Origin: an uncultured Bacteroidota bacterium
GTDB taxonomy: Bacteria; Bacteroidota; Bacteroidia; AKYH767-A; OLB10
Reading direction: 5' to 3'
DNA: 64,000 bases
Assembly: GCA_903881665.1 (NCBI GenBank)
Contig: CAIRUC010000025.1
Location: 65,080-129,079, forward strand
In this document: in pieces, positions 31,435 to 39,001 of the stretch
Layout: each line of letters opens with the position of its first letter
Numbering within the stretch: the stretch's first letter is position 1
Position numbers and translations under genes: made by a program
Notes under the pieces: model-generated
The model's input: the letters and a program-made list of their open reading frames with translations, nothing else
Told to the model about the DNA's origin: nothing
Databases searched by the model: none

Positions 31435-32298
31435 ATGAAAATCGTTAATGTGCAGATGTTGAAATATTCGATTGCCTTTATTCTTTTATTGGCATTACCA
31501 TTGGAAATTTATTCCCAGTCGAGAGAAATGGGGGTAATGTTGGGCGTAATGAACTACAAAGGGGATTTACATCCTCAGATGTACGACACAAAAAATAATC
31601 GTCCGGCAATTGGCTTTTTATACCGCAGAAGCTATAGTAACCATTGGGCATTTAAAAGCGCTTTCAATTATGGGCATATCACTGCTGACGATGCCGATGC
31701 AAGCGACGAATACAGCAGAAATAGAAACCTTAATTTCAAAAGTCATATTTTAGAATTATCTGGACAGTTCGAGTTTAATTTTTTCCCGTATCAAACCGCC
31801 AACCCAGCCACTAAAGCTACCCCTTATTTACTGGTAGGATTTTCAATGTTTCACTTTAACCCGAAAGCCTTATATAACGGCGATTACGTTGAACTTCAAC
31901 CATTAGGCACTGAAGGGCAAGGAACTTCGGCTAGCCCAAATGGAAAATTGTACCACCGAACATCCGCTGCATTTGTATTTGGAGGAGGAATGAAATTTCA
32001 GATTGCTCGACGCTGGGGTTGTACCATCGAAAGTGCTGTTCGTAAGACATATACCGACTATTTAGATGATGTTCATTCCACCTATGCAGATCCTAATGCG
32101 ATTAGGGTAGAATATGGGAAAACGGCAGCCATCCTTTCTGACCGATCATTAAGTGATGCACCAGGAGGAAATATTGGTCGCCAACGCGGAGACACCGCTC
32201 AGCGAGATTGGTTCGTATTTACTGGAGTACAGTTCACCTATACACTCTCAAAACACTATATCGACTCCTGTCGACCATTCCGAATTAAGCTTTGGTGA
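31435..32298 (+). CDS. DUF6089-like outer-membrane beta-barrel protein (paralog 2)
   Basis: 287 aa with a signal peptide and the same conserved blocks: NRNLNFKSHILE, FHFNPKA, ELQPLGTEGQG and TDYLDDVH. Confidence 0.6.
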   Translation: MKIVNVQMLKYSIAFILLLALPLEIYSQSREMGVMLGVMNYKGDLHPQMYDTKNNRPAIGFLYRRSYSNHWAFKSAFNYGHITADDADASDEYSRNRNLNFKSHILELSGQFEFNFFPYQTANPATKATPYLLVGFSMFHFNPKALYNGDYVELQPLGTEGQGTSASPNGKLYHRTSAAFVFGGGMKFQIARRWGCTIESAVRKTYTDYLDDVHSTYADPNAIRVEYGKTAAILSDRSLSDAPGGNIGRQRGDTAQRDWFVFTGVQFTYTLSKHYIDSCRPFRIKLW

Positions 32299-32359
32299 TT
32301 TTATGAAGTTAAACCACGGTTAATTGCGACAACATCAACACGAAAGGCAATGGTTTTAT

Positions 32360-32367
32360 TACATTTG
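32360..32367 (+). promoter_or_regulatory. Bacteroidota-type -7 box (TACATTTG) upstream of uppS
   Basis: Perfect TAnnTTTG match 15 nt upstream of the uppS ATG (32383). Confidence 0.45.
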
Positions 32368-32382
32368 TGCCCTTCTTAAATT

Positions 32383-33135
32383 ATGATTACTAAAGAACAA
32401 ATCGATACCGCAAAACTACCCCAACATATTGCCATTATAATGGATGGGAATGGGCGTTGGGCTAAGCAACAAGGGAAGATACGAACCTTTGGTCATCATC
32501 ATGGAGTAACCGCAGTTCGCGACACAGTAGAAGCAGCTGCCGAATTGGGTGTAAAATTCTTAACCCTATATGCCTTTAGCACCGAAAACTGGAGCCGTCC
32601 GAAATTTGAAATCGATGCGTTAATGTCGCTTTTAGTTCAAACGATCTCAAAGGAAACAGCAACCCTGATGAAAAACAACATCAGATTAGCAACCATTGGC
32701 GATACAGAAAGCCTCCCCTCTAGCGTTTACAAGAAATTGCAAAAAGCAATAGATGAAACATCAGGCAATTCAAGAATGACATTAGTGCTTGCTTTAAGCT
32801 ATAGTTCTCGATGGGAAATTACCCGCGCGGTAAAAACAATTGCCGACAAAGTAAAAGCCGGATCCCTCGATATTGAAAAAATTGATGAAACAATTATATC
32901 GGATCATCTCTGCACTGCAGGATGGCCTGACCCTGAACTGTTGATTCGCACAAGTGGTGAGTCGCGTATCAGTAATTATTTATTGTGGCAAATTGCCTAC
33001 GCCGAATTATACTTTACCCCTAAATTATGGCCCGACTTCCGCAAAGAAGATCTGTATGAAGCCATAGTCGATTATCAGGGTCGTGAACGTCGCTTTGGTA
33101 AAGTATCCGAACAACTCAACCCTAAACATGCTTAA
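32383..33135 (+). CDS. uppS: undecaprenyl-diphosphate synthase (cis-isoprenyl transferase)
   Basis: 250 aa with IIMDGNGRWA, FSTENWSRP and RTSGESRISNYLLWQ blocks. Confidence 0.93.
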   Translation: MITKEQIDTAKLPQHIAIIMDGNGRWAKQQGKIRTFGHHHGVTAVRDTVEAAAELGVKFLTLYAFSTENWSRPKFEIDALMSLLVQTISKETATLMKNNIRLATIGDTESLPSSVYKKLQKAIDETSGNSRMTLVLALSYSSRWEITRAVKTIADKVKAGSLDIEKIDETIISDHLCTAGWPDPELLIRTSGESRISNYLLWQIAYAELYFTPKLWPDFRKEDLYEAIVDYQGRERRFGKVSEQLNPKHA

Positions 33136-35632
33136 TAATTTACGAGGCTTCGCCTGCCTATTATTGCTACTATTCGCACTGCCTTCATATTCCCAAATTC
33201 AAGTTGGAAATAACGAAGACTTAATCGATTATAGTACTCCCAAAGAATTTGAATTGGCAGGGATCACAGTGTCTGGCATTCAGTACCTCGATGAGAGCGT
33301 ACTCATTACACTAACTGGATTAAATATCGGTGAGAAATATAAAATTCCTGGCGATAAAATTTCTTCAGCCATCGAAAACCTATGGAAACAAGGACTGCTT
33401 TCAGATGTAAAGGTGATTGCAACAAAAATCGTTGACAAAAGAATTTTTCTTGAATTCAAATTGCAAGAACTTCCTCGACTTTCTAAATTTTCATTCGAAG
33501 GCATTAGTAAAGGAGAAGCTGATAAACTTCGCGAGAAATTACAACTGGTAAAAGGAAAAGTGGTTACCGAAAACCTGATTCAGATGTCGATTAATCAGGT
33601 GAAAAGTCACTTTGTCGATAAAGGATATTTATTTGTTGATGTAAAAATAACAACAGAAAAAGATTCTTCCGCTGGTGCTAATTCTCAGATGATGCGCATA
33701 AGCGTAAGCAATAAGCATCGTATTAAGATCAATCAAGTAATTTTATCTGGGAACAAAGAATTCAGCGATAAAAAACTGAAGCGCAAAATGAAAGGCAGCA
33801 AAGAAAGCGGCTGGTATAAAATCTTTACATCGTCGAAGTATAGCGATGAAGCGCTAGAAAAAGATAAAGAAAAAATTGTTGCTTCGTATAATGCAAATGG
33901 ATACAGAGATGCTGCTGTAGTGTCTGACAGTATAACTAAATTCAACAAGAAATCAATTAACCTTTATGTTCATGTTGAAGAAGGGCATAAATACTATTTC
34001 AGAAATATTTCATGGATTGGCAACACTAAATATTCGACTGAAGCATTAAAGCAAATTTTAAATATTTCTAAAGGAGATATTTACAATCAGCAGAAAATGG
34101 AAGAAGGATTATATCTAAGCCAAAGCAGCAGAGATGTTTCTTCTTTGTATATGGATGACGGGTATCTCTTCTTCTCCGTTACACCTGTTGAAGTATTAGT
34201 TACCGGTGATTCTATCGACGTTGAAATGCGTATTTACGAAGGAAAACAAGCTATAGTGAATAAAGTAACTGTGGTAGGAAATACAAAGACGAATGATAAG
34301 GTTGTACTACGAGAAATCAGAACTCAACCCGGACAGTTATTCAATCGTTCCGACATCATAAGAACGCAACGTGAGTTGGCTCAGTTGGGATATTTCGATC
34401 AAGAAAAATTGAATGTAAATCCGAAGCCTAATCCTGTCGACGGAACAGTAGATATCGAATACATCGTTGAAGAACGGCCGTCTGATCAGTTGGAGTTATC
34501 AGGTGGTTGGGGAGGTGGCGCCGGAGTGGTTGGAACCTTAGGCGTGAGCTTTAATAATTTTTCGTTGAAAAATATTCCTAAGAAAAATACATGGACGCCT
34601 TTACCTTCAGGTGATGGTCAAAAATTGAGCATTCGTTTCCAATCAAACGGACGTTATTTTCAAAGTTATAATATGTCGTTTACCGAGCCTTGGCTAGGAG
34701 GAAAAAAACCAAACTCATTAAGTGTTTCAGTATTTCGTTCAGTACAAACCGACGGACTTAAAAAAGACGATCCAGCCCGCTCAGTTTTAATGATAAGTGG
34801 AGCTTCTGTAGGATTAGGTCGTCGTTTAAAATGGCCTGACGACTTCTTCACGCTTTACCACGAGCTTTCATTTCAGAATTATTCGCTAAACCAATGGTCG
34901 GGGACCTTCTTATTCTCTGATGGAACATCGAACAATTTAAGCTTACAACAAACAATTTCGAGGAATTCGGTAGATGGATTTGTTTGGATCAGGAGCGGTT
35001 CACAATTATCAATGACTTTACAGTTGACTCCTCCATTCTCTCTTATAGATAAAAAAACCGACTATTCGAAAGCCTCATTTAATGTCAAATACAAGTGGAT
35101 TGAATACCATAAATGGAAGTTTAGCGGAGCTTGGTACAAGAGTTTAGGCAAATTCGTATTGTATAACAAAGCACAATTTGGGTTCCTTGGATTCTACAAT
35201 AACGACATCGGCCAAAGTCCTTTTGAAAGGTTCTATTTAGGAGGAGATGGGCTATCGGGTTACTCGCTTGATGGACGTGAAATTATTGCTTTAAGAGGAT
35301 ACCAAAACAACTCTGTAACTCCTAAAATTAACGGAAATACAGTTGGAGGAACGGCTTACGATAAATTTACGATGGAATTACGATTCCCGATTTCATTGAA
35401 TCCATCAGCCACCGTCTATGCGCTTGGATTTATTGAAGGAGGAAACAACTACATGGGAATGAAAAACTTCAACCCTACTACTTTAAAAAGATCTGCTGGT
35501 ATGGGGGTAAGGATTTTCTTACCGATGTTCGGTCTTCTTGGACTTGACTGGGGTTACGGATTTGATGACATTGAAGGATCGAAAGCCTATAGCGGAGCCA
35601 ACTTCCACTTTACCATCGGACAACAGTTCTAA
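33128..35632 (+). CDS. bamA: outer-membrane protein assembly factor BamA
   Basis: The ATG at 33128 (MLNNLRGFACLLLLLFALPSYSQ) gives a signal peptide and overlaps the uppS stop. The protein has multiple POTRA-like units, loop-6 ALRGY and the C-terminus ...GANFHFTIGQQF. It sits in the conserved uppS-bamA-skp order. Confidence 0.88.
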   Translation: MLNNLRGFACLLLLLFALPSYSQIQVGNNEDLIDYSTPKEFELAGITVSGIQYLDESVLITLTGLNIGEKYKIPGDKISSAIENLWKQGLLSDVKVIATKIVDKRIFLEFKLQELPRLSKFSFEGISKGEADKLREKLQLVKGKVVTENLIQMSINQVKSHFVDKGYLFVDVKITTEKDSSAGANSQMMRISVSNKHRIKINQVILSGNKEFSDKKLKRKMKGSKESGWYKIFTSSKYSDEALEKDKEKIVASYNANGYRDAAVVSDSITKFNKKSINLYVHVEEGHKYYFRNISWIGNTKYSTEALKQILNISKGDIYNQQKMEEGLYLSQSSRDVSSLYMDDGYLFFSVTPVEVLVTGDSIDVEMRIYEGKQAIVNKVTVVGNTKTNDKVVLREIRTQPGQLFNRSDIIRTQRELAQLGYFDQEKLNVNPKPNPVDGTVDIEYIVEERPSDQLELSGGWGGGAGVVGTLGVSFNNFSLKNIPKKNTWTPLPSGDGQKLSIRFQSNGRYFQSYNMSFTEPWLGGKKPNSLSVSVFRSVQTDGLKKDDPARSVLMISGASVGLGRRLKWPDDFFTLYHELSFQNYSLNQWSGTFLFSDGTSNNLSLQQTISRNSVDGFVWIRSGSQLSMTLQLTPPFSLIDKKTDYSKASFNVKYKWIEYHKWKFSGAWYKSLGKFVLYNKAQFGFLGFYNNDIGQSPFERFYLGGDGLSGYSLDGREIIALRGYQNNSVTPKINGNTVGGTAYDKFTMELRFPISLNPSATVYALGFIEGGNNYMGMKNFNPTTLKRSAGMGVRIFLPMFGLLGLDWGYGFDDIEGSKAYSGANFHFTIGQQF

Positions 35633-35709
35633 TCTTTCCAATGAAATATTTAAAAGTCAGAAACAGGTATTCTATTTATATCACACCAAACACTGAGCAA
35701 TAGGAACTA

Positions 35710-35748
35710 ATATTTGATATCTGGCTAAAAGCCGCCAGTATCAAATAT
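35710..35748. other. long imperfect inverted repeat between bamA and skp
   Basis: ATATTTGATATCTGGC - TAAAAGCC - GCCAGTATCAAATAT forms a 15-bp stem with one bulged T and an 8-nt loop. No flanking T-tract is present. Confidence 0.5.
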
Positions 35749-35834
35749 CTAAAAGCTCTACCTATTGTAACCTCACAGAAATTGGATAACTTTGGCATGA
35801 AAATTAACTGGGTACTAATAAAAATAACCCTACT

Positions 35835-36452
35835 ATGAAAAAGACAATTGCCTCCTTCTTAATGGCCTTCGCATTAATGGCCTTTTCTCCTGCATTCGCA
35901 CAGAAATATGCGTTTATTGATAGTCAGTATATTTTAGATAATATTTCTGAATACAAAGCAGCACAGCAACAACTCGATCAGCTAAGCATTAATTGGCAAA
36001 AAGAAATTGAGTCGAAGTATGCGGTTATCGATAAGTTGTACAAAGACTATCAAGCAGAACAAATTCTCCTCACAGAAGAAATGAAAAAGAAACGTGAGCA
36101 AGAAATCACTTCAAAAGAAAAAGAAGTAAAAGAATTCCAGAAGTCGAAATTCGGATACGAAGGTGAATTATTTAAGAAAAAACAAGAATTGATTAAACCA
36201 CTTCAAGATAAAATTTACAATGCTGTTAAGAAAATCGCAACAGATCAAAGCTATGCGGTAATCTTCGATAAGTCGGGCGATTTAATCATGCTTTACACCA
36301 ACCCTAAATACGATAAGAGTGACGAAGTACTTGCATCGATGGGATACAAAGCAGGAAACAAAAGCGACGGAGGAAGCGGCAAACCAGCTGCTGGAGGCGG
36401 AGCAGGAACCGATACGAAATCGGGAGGCACTCCTTCAGAAGAAAAAAAATAA
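35835..36452 (+). CDS. skp: OmpH/Skp-family periplasmic chaperone with Gly-rich C-terminal tail
   Basis: 205 aa with a signal peptide and a coiled-coil-rich OmpH-like body (IDSQYILDNISEYKAAQQQLD...). It lies directly after bamA. Confidence 0.75.
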   Translation: MKKTIASFLMAFALMAFSPAFAQKYAFIDSQYILDNISEYKAAQQQLDQLSINWQKEIESKYAVIDKLYKDYQAEQILLTEEMKKKREQEITSKEKEVKEFQKSKFGYEGELFKKKQELIKPLQDKIYNAVKKIATDQSYAVIFDKSGDLIMLYTNPKYDKSDEVLASMGYKAGNKSDGGSGKPAAGGGAGTDTKSGGTPSEEKK

Positions 36453-36512
36453 TATTTAATCCTGAATAAGGATCATACAAACAACAATATCACAAACCCA
36501 TCATCATTCATT

Positions 36513-37025
36513 ATGAATAAATTATTTGCCATCGCATGTGGTGTACTGCTAAGTTTCGCGACTACTGTAAATGCACAAAACACACTTAAATTCGGACACA
36601 TAAACTCAACATTGCTATTAAGTTTAATGCCGGAAACTAAAAACGCTGATTCTACACTTCAGAAATTCGGTGCATCACTTGAAAGTCAATTAAAAACAAT
36701 GACAGCCGAGTATCAGAATAAAATCGCCGACTTTAAAACAAAAGAAGCATCAATGGCTGAACCGATTCGTGATGCGAAAATGAAAGAAATCAGTGATCTT
36801 GAAGAACGCATTCAAGCATTCCAAGAGTCGGCGCAAACATCTATGCAAAAGAAGAAAGAAGAATTATACTCTCCTATCATTAAAAAAGCAGAAGAAGCTA
36901 TCAACCAAATAGCGAAAGATAAAAGTTACTCTTATATTTTTGACACAAGCGTAGGAGCTGTGTTATATGCACAAGACTCTGACGATATTCTTCCTATCGT
37001 GAAAACGAAGTTAGGTTTGAAATAA
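36513..37025 (+). CDS. skp: OmpH/Skp-family periplasmic chaperone (second copy)
   Basis: 170 aa with a signal peptide and an OmpH-like helical body, in tandem with the previous gene. Confidence 0.75.
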   Translation: MNKLFAIACGVLLSFATTVNAQNTLKFGHINSTLLLSLMPETKNADSTLQKFGASLESQLKTMTAEYQNKIADFKTKEASMAEPIRDAKMKEISDLEERIQAFQESAQTSMQKKKEELYSPIIKKAEEAINQIAKDKSYSYIFDTSVGAVLYAQDSDDILPIVKTKLGLK

Positions 37026-37040
37026 TTATTAGATCCTAAA

Positions 37041-37085
37041 GAAAAACAAAAGCCCTGACGATAAACGTCAGGGCTTTTGTTTTTC
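37041..37085. terminator. bidirectional intrinsic terminator (perfect 20-bp stem)
   Basis: GAAAAACAAAAGCCCTGACG - ATAAA - CGTCAGGGCTTTTGTTTTTC. The GC-rich core is flanked by an A-run and a T-run, 16 nt after the skp stop. Confidence 0.85.
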
Positions 37086-37761
37086 TTGTACGTCCTTAAC
37101 ATAGGTTGACTAACTTTAATTAAAATTCAATTCTGATATTAATCCCCCAATTAGTTGAAATTGATTATTCTTGGCGCCTTTGTTCTCTATTACGCTCCGA
37201 CTTTTAACGTTTTCAACCCGCATTTCTAATGTCGAACGGTATATCTGAATTTCTATTCGAAGCGGATCGTTCGCCTTAAATTTTTAGGGAAAGAACGAGG
37301 AGAACGACAACGATAAAAAGAAACACTTTTTGAGACCTGAAATGGTTTTCTTTCAGGGCGAGTTTGTTTCTTTCCGTTGGAGTTAAAATCGTTCCCGCTA
37401 AAAAAATTACAGCTGCTACTGCCTTTTACTGCAGGAAAAAGTTAGCCCCAGCGCGCGGCTATAGCGCGTTGGAAGAGAGAATTTGTTTTATCCTGTATTT
37501 CAATCATTGTCTAATCTGCTTTCAATAAATTTACCCCACAAAGACCATAGGGCTAATGTTTGCCCGATTATTTATAACTAAAACGGTTAACCATATTTAG
37601 CTAAATTCTTATCCCCACCCTTAATTATTATTTTATCCCTTCGGTTTTTTTGAATTTCAATGCTTCGTGGTTGGATAAATTTCAGCGCTATGAAGTTTGG
37701 GTATTGGTTAATAACCAACCAACTTTTTCGGTATAAGATAAATTCTTTTCATCTTTGCTTT

Positions 37762-38583
37762 ATGGCCACAAAATCAAAACCGGGAAATCGTCCTTTGGGG
37801 ATTTTTGATTCAGGAATCGGAGGATTAACTGTAGCGAACGCAATTCACGAATTATTGCCTGAGGAGAATTTGGTTTACTTCGGCGATACTGCCCATTTAC
37901 CGTATGGAGATAAATCGCCGGAAGCAATTAAGAAATGGTCGGTAGCTATTAGTGACTTTTTAATGACGCACGATTGCAAGATGATTGTAATAGCATGTAA
38001 TAGCATTTCGTCGGTTGCCTACGACGCCGTTAAGAAGCATATAGGATCGAATGCGATTGTAGTGAATGTAATTGATCCCGTGGTGGAATATGTAGTAAAT
38101 CAAGCCGCGTTAAAGCGTGTTGGGGTAATAGGGACAAAGGCTACTATTAAAACCGATATTTATGCATCTAAGTTAAAAGACAGAAATAAAAAGTTGTTGG
38201 TTAACTCACTTGCCACTCCCCTACTAGCACCAATGATTGAAGAAGGATTTTTCAATAATAAAATATCGAAAACGATCATCAACGATTATTTATCGCGTCC
38301 AAAATTAAAGAACATCGACAGTTTAATTTTAGGATGCACGCACTACCCCTTGATTCGTCCGGAAATCGAACAATTTTACAAAGGAAAAGTAACGATATTC
38401 GACACAGCACGAATCGTTGCACATCATGTTCAGTGGCTCCTCGACGAAAACAATTTATTCAATAGCGGCAGCACCAAAAAACATCGATTCTTTATTTCCG
38501 ACTTCACACCTGCCTTTGAGCAAAGCACAAAAATTTTCTTTAAAGGAAAAGTAAAGTTGGAACGGAATAATTTGTGGAAATGA
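37762..38583 (+). CDS. murI: glutamate racemase
   Basis: The ATG at 37762 (MATKSKPGNRPLGIFDSGIGGLTV) is preferred over the track start at 37660. The catalytic Cys blocks are IVIACNSIS and LILGCTHYP. Confidence 0.9.
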   Translation: MATKSKPGNRPLGIFDSGIGGLTVANAIHELLPEENLVYFGDTAHLPYGDKSPEAIKKWSVAISDFLMTHDCKMIVIACNSISSVAYDAVKKHIGSNAIVVNVIDPVVEYVVNQAALKRVGVIGTKATIKTDIYASKLKDRNKKLLVNSLATPLLAPMIEEGFFNNKISKTIINDYLSRPKLKNIDSLILGCTHYPLIRPEIEQFYKGKVTIFDTARIVAHHVQWLLDENNLFNSGSTKKHRFFISDFTPAFEQSTKIFFKGKVKLERNNLWK

Positions 38584-38947
38584 AGTTGATTTGAAAATTT
38601 GAAACTGAAAACGATGCCCTGACAGTGTGTCATACGTAATTTGATTTTCGAATATGACTTCATCGAATCTAGTTCAGGGAATTTTGAATTGCTGACGCGT
38701 TGCTTGATGGGCCGCAGATTTTTATGGTCTTTATGTTTTTCGCAGAATTATCGTCTTCGACGATTTTGCCTAATGATAGGAATACGGATTCGTTCCGACG
38801 TGCTTGCGCAGTCGGAGCTAAAAGGATACCCCGTTGGGGTAATGGAGCAAGGTTTTTGAATCTACAAATGGATAAGGCACACGGCTTTCATTGAGCTTGT
38901 CGAAATATGGTCATCGAGCGGAGCCGATATGAGCCAGGAATAAAAAC

Positions 38948-38982
38948 AAAAAAGCCCTGACATTAATCGTCAGGGCTTTTTG
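38948..38982. terminator. bidirectional intrinsic terminator between murI region and ppiD
   Basis: AAAAAGCCCTGAC - ATTAATC - GTCAGGGCTTTTT, 20 nt beyond the ppiD stop. The stem core is identical to the terminator at 37041-37085. Confidence 0.8.
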
Positions 38983-39001
38983 AATATGTTCTTACAAAGG
39001 A

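Noticed and set aside
37086-37761. tmRNA, RNase P RNA, SRP RNA or 6S RNA in the long gaps around murI (also 38584-38947).
   Set aside because: A GGGTTGAAAACGTTAAAAG stretch (minus strand, ~37200-37220) resembles part of E. coli tmRNA, and GGAGCAAGG (38844-38852) recalls RNase P. The invariant elements are missing on both strands, though. There is no 5' GGGG...UUCGAC with a 3' GGUUCGAnUCC...CCA tRNA-like end, no ...ALAA-type tag ORF, and no GGAAAGUCC / ACAGAAnCCGGCUUA P4 strands.
38641-38894. Two overlapping plus-strand ORFs (72 and 64 aa) between murI and ppiD as protein-coding genes.
   Set aside because: They overlap each other out of frame and have Arg/Cys/Phe-rich nonsense-like translations with no start context. 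They coincide with a run of GC-rich hairpins, so I treat the region as candidate structured RNA instead.
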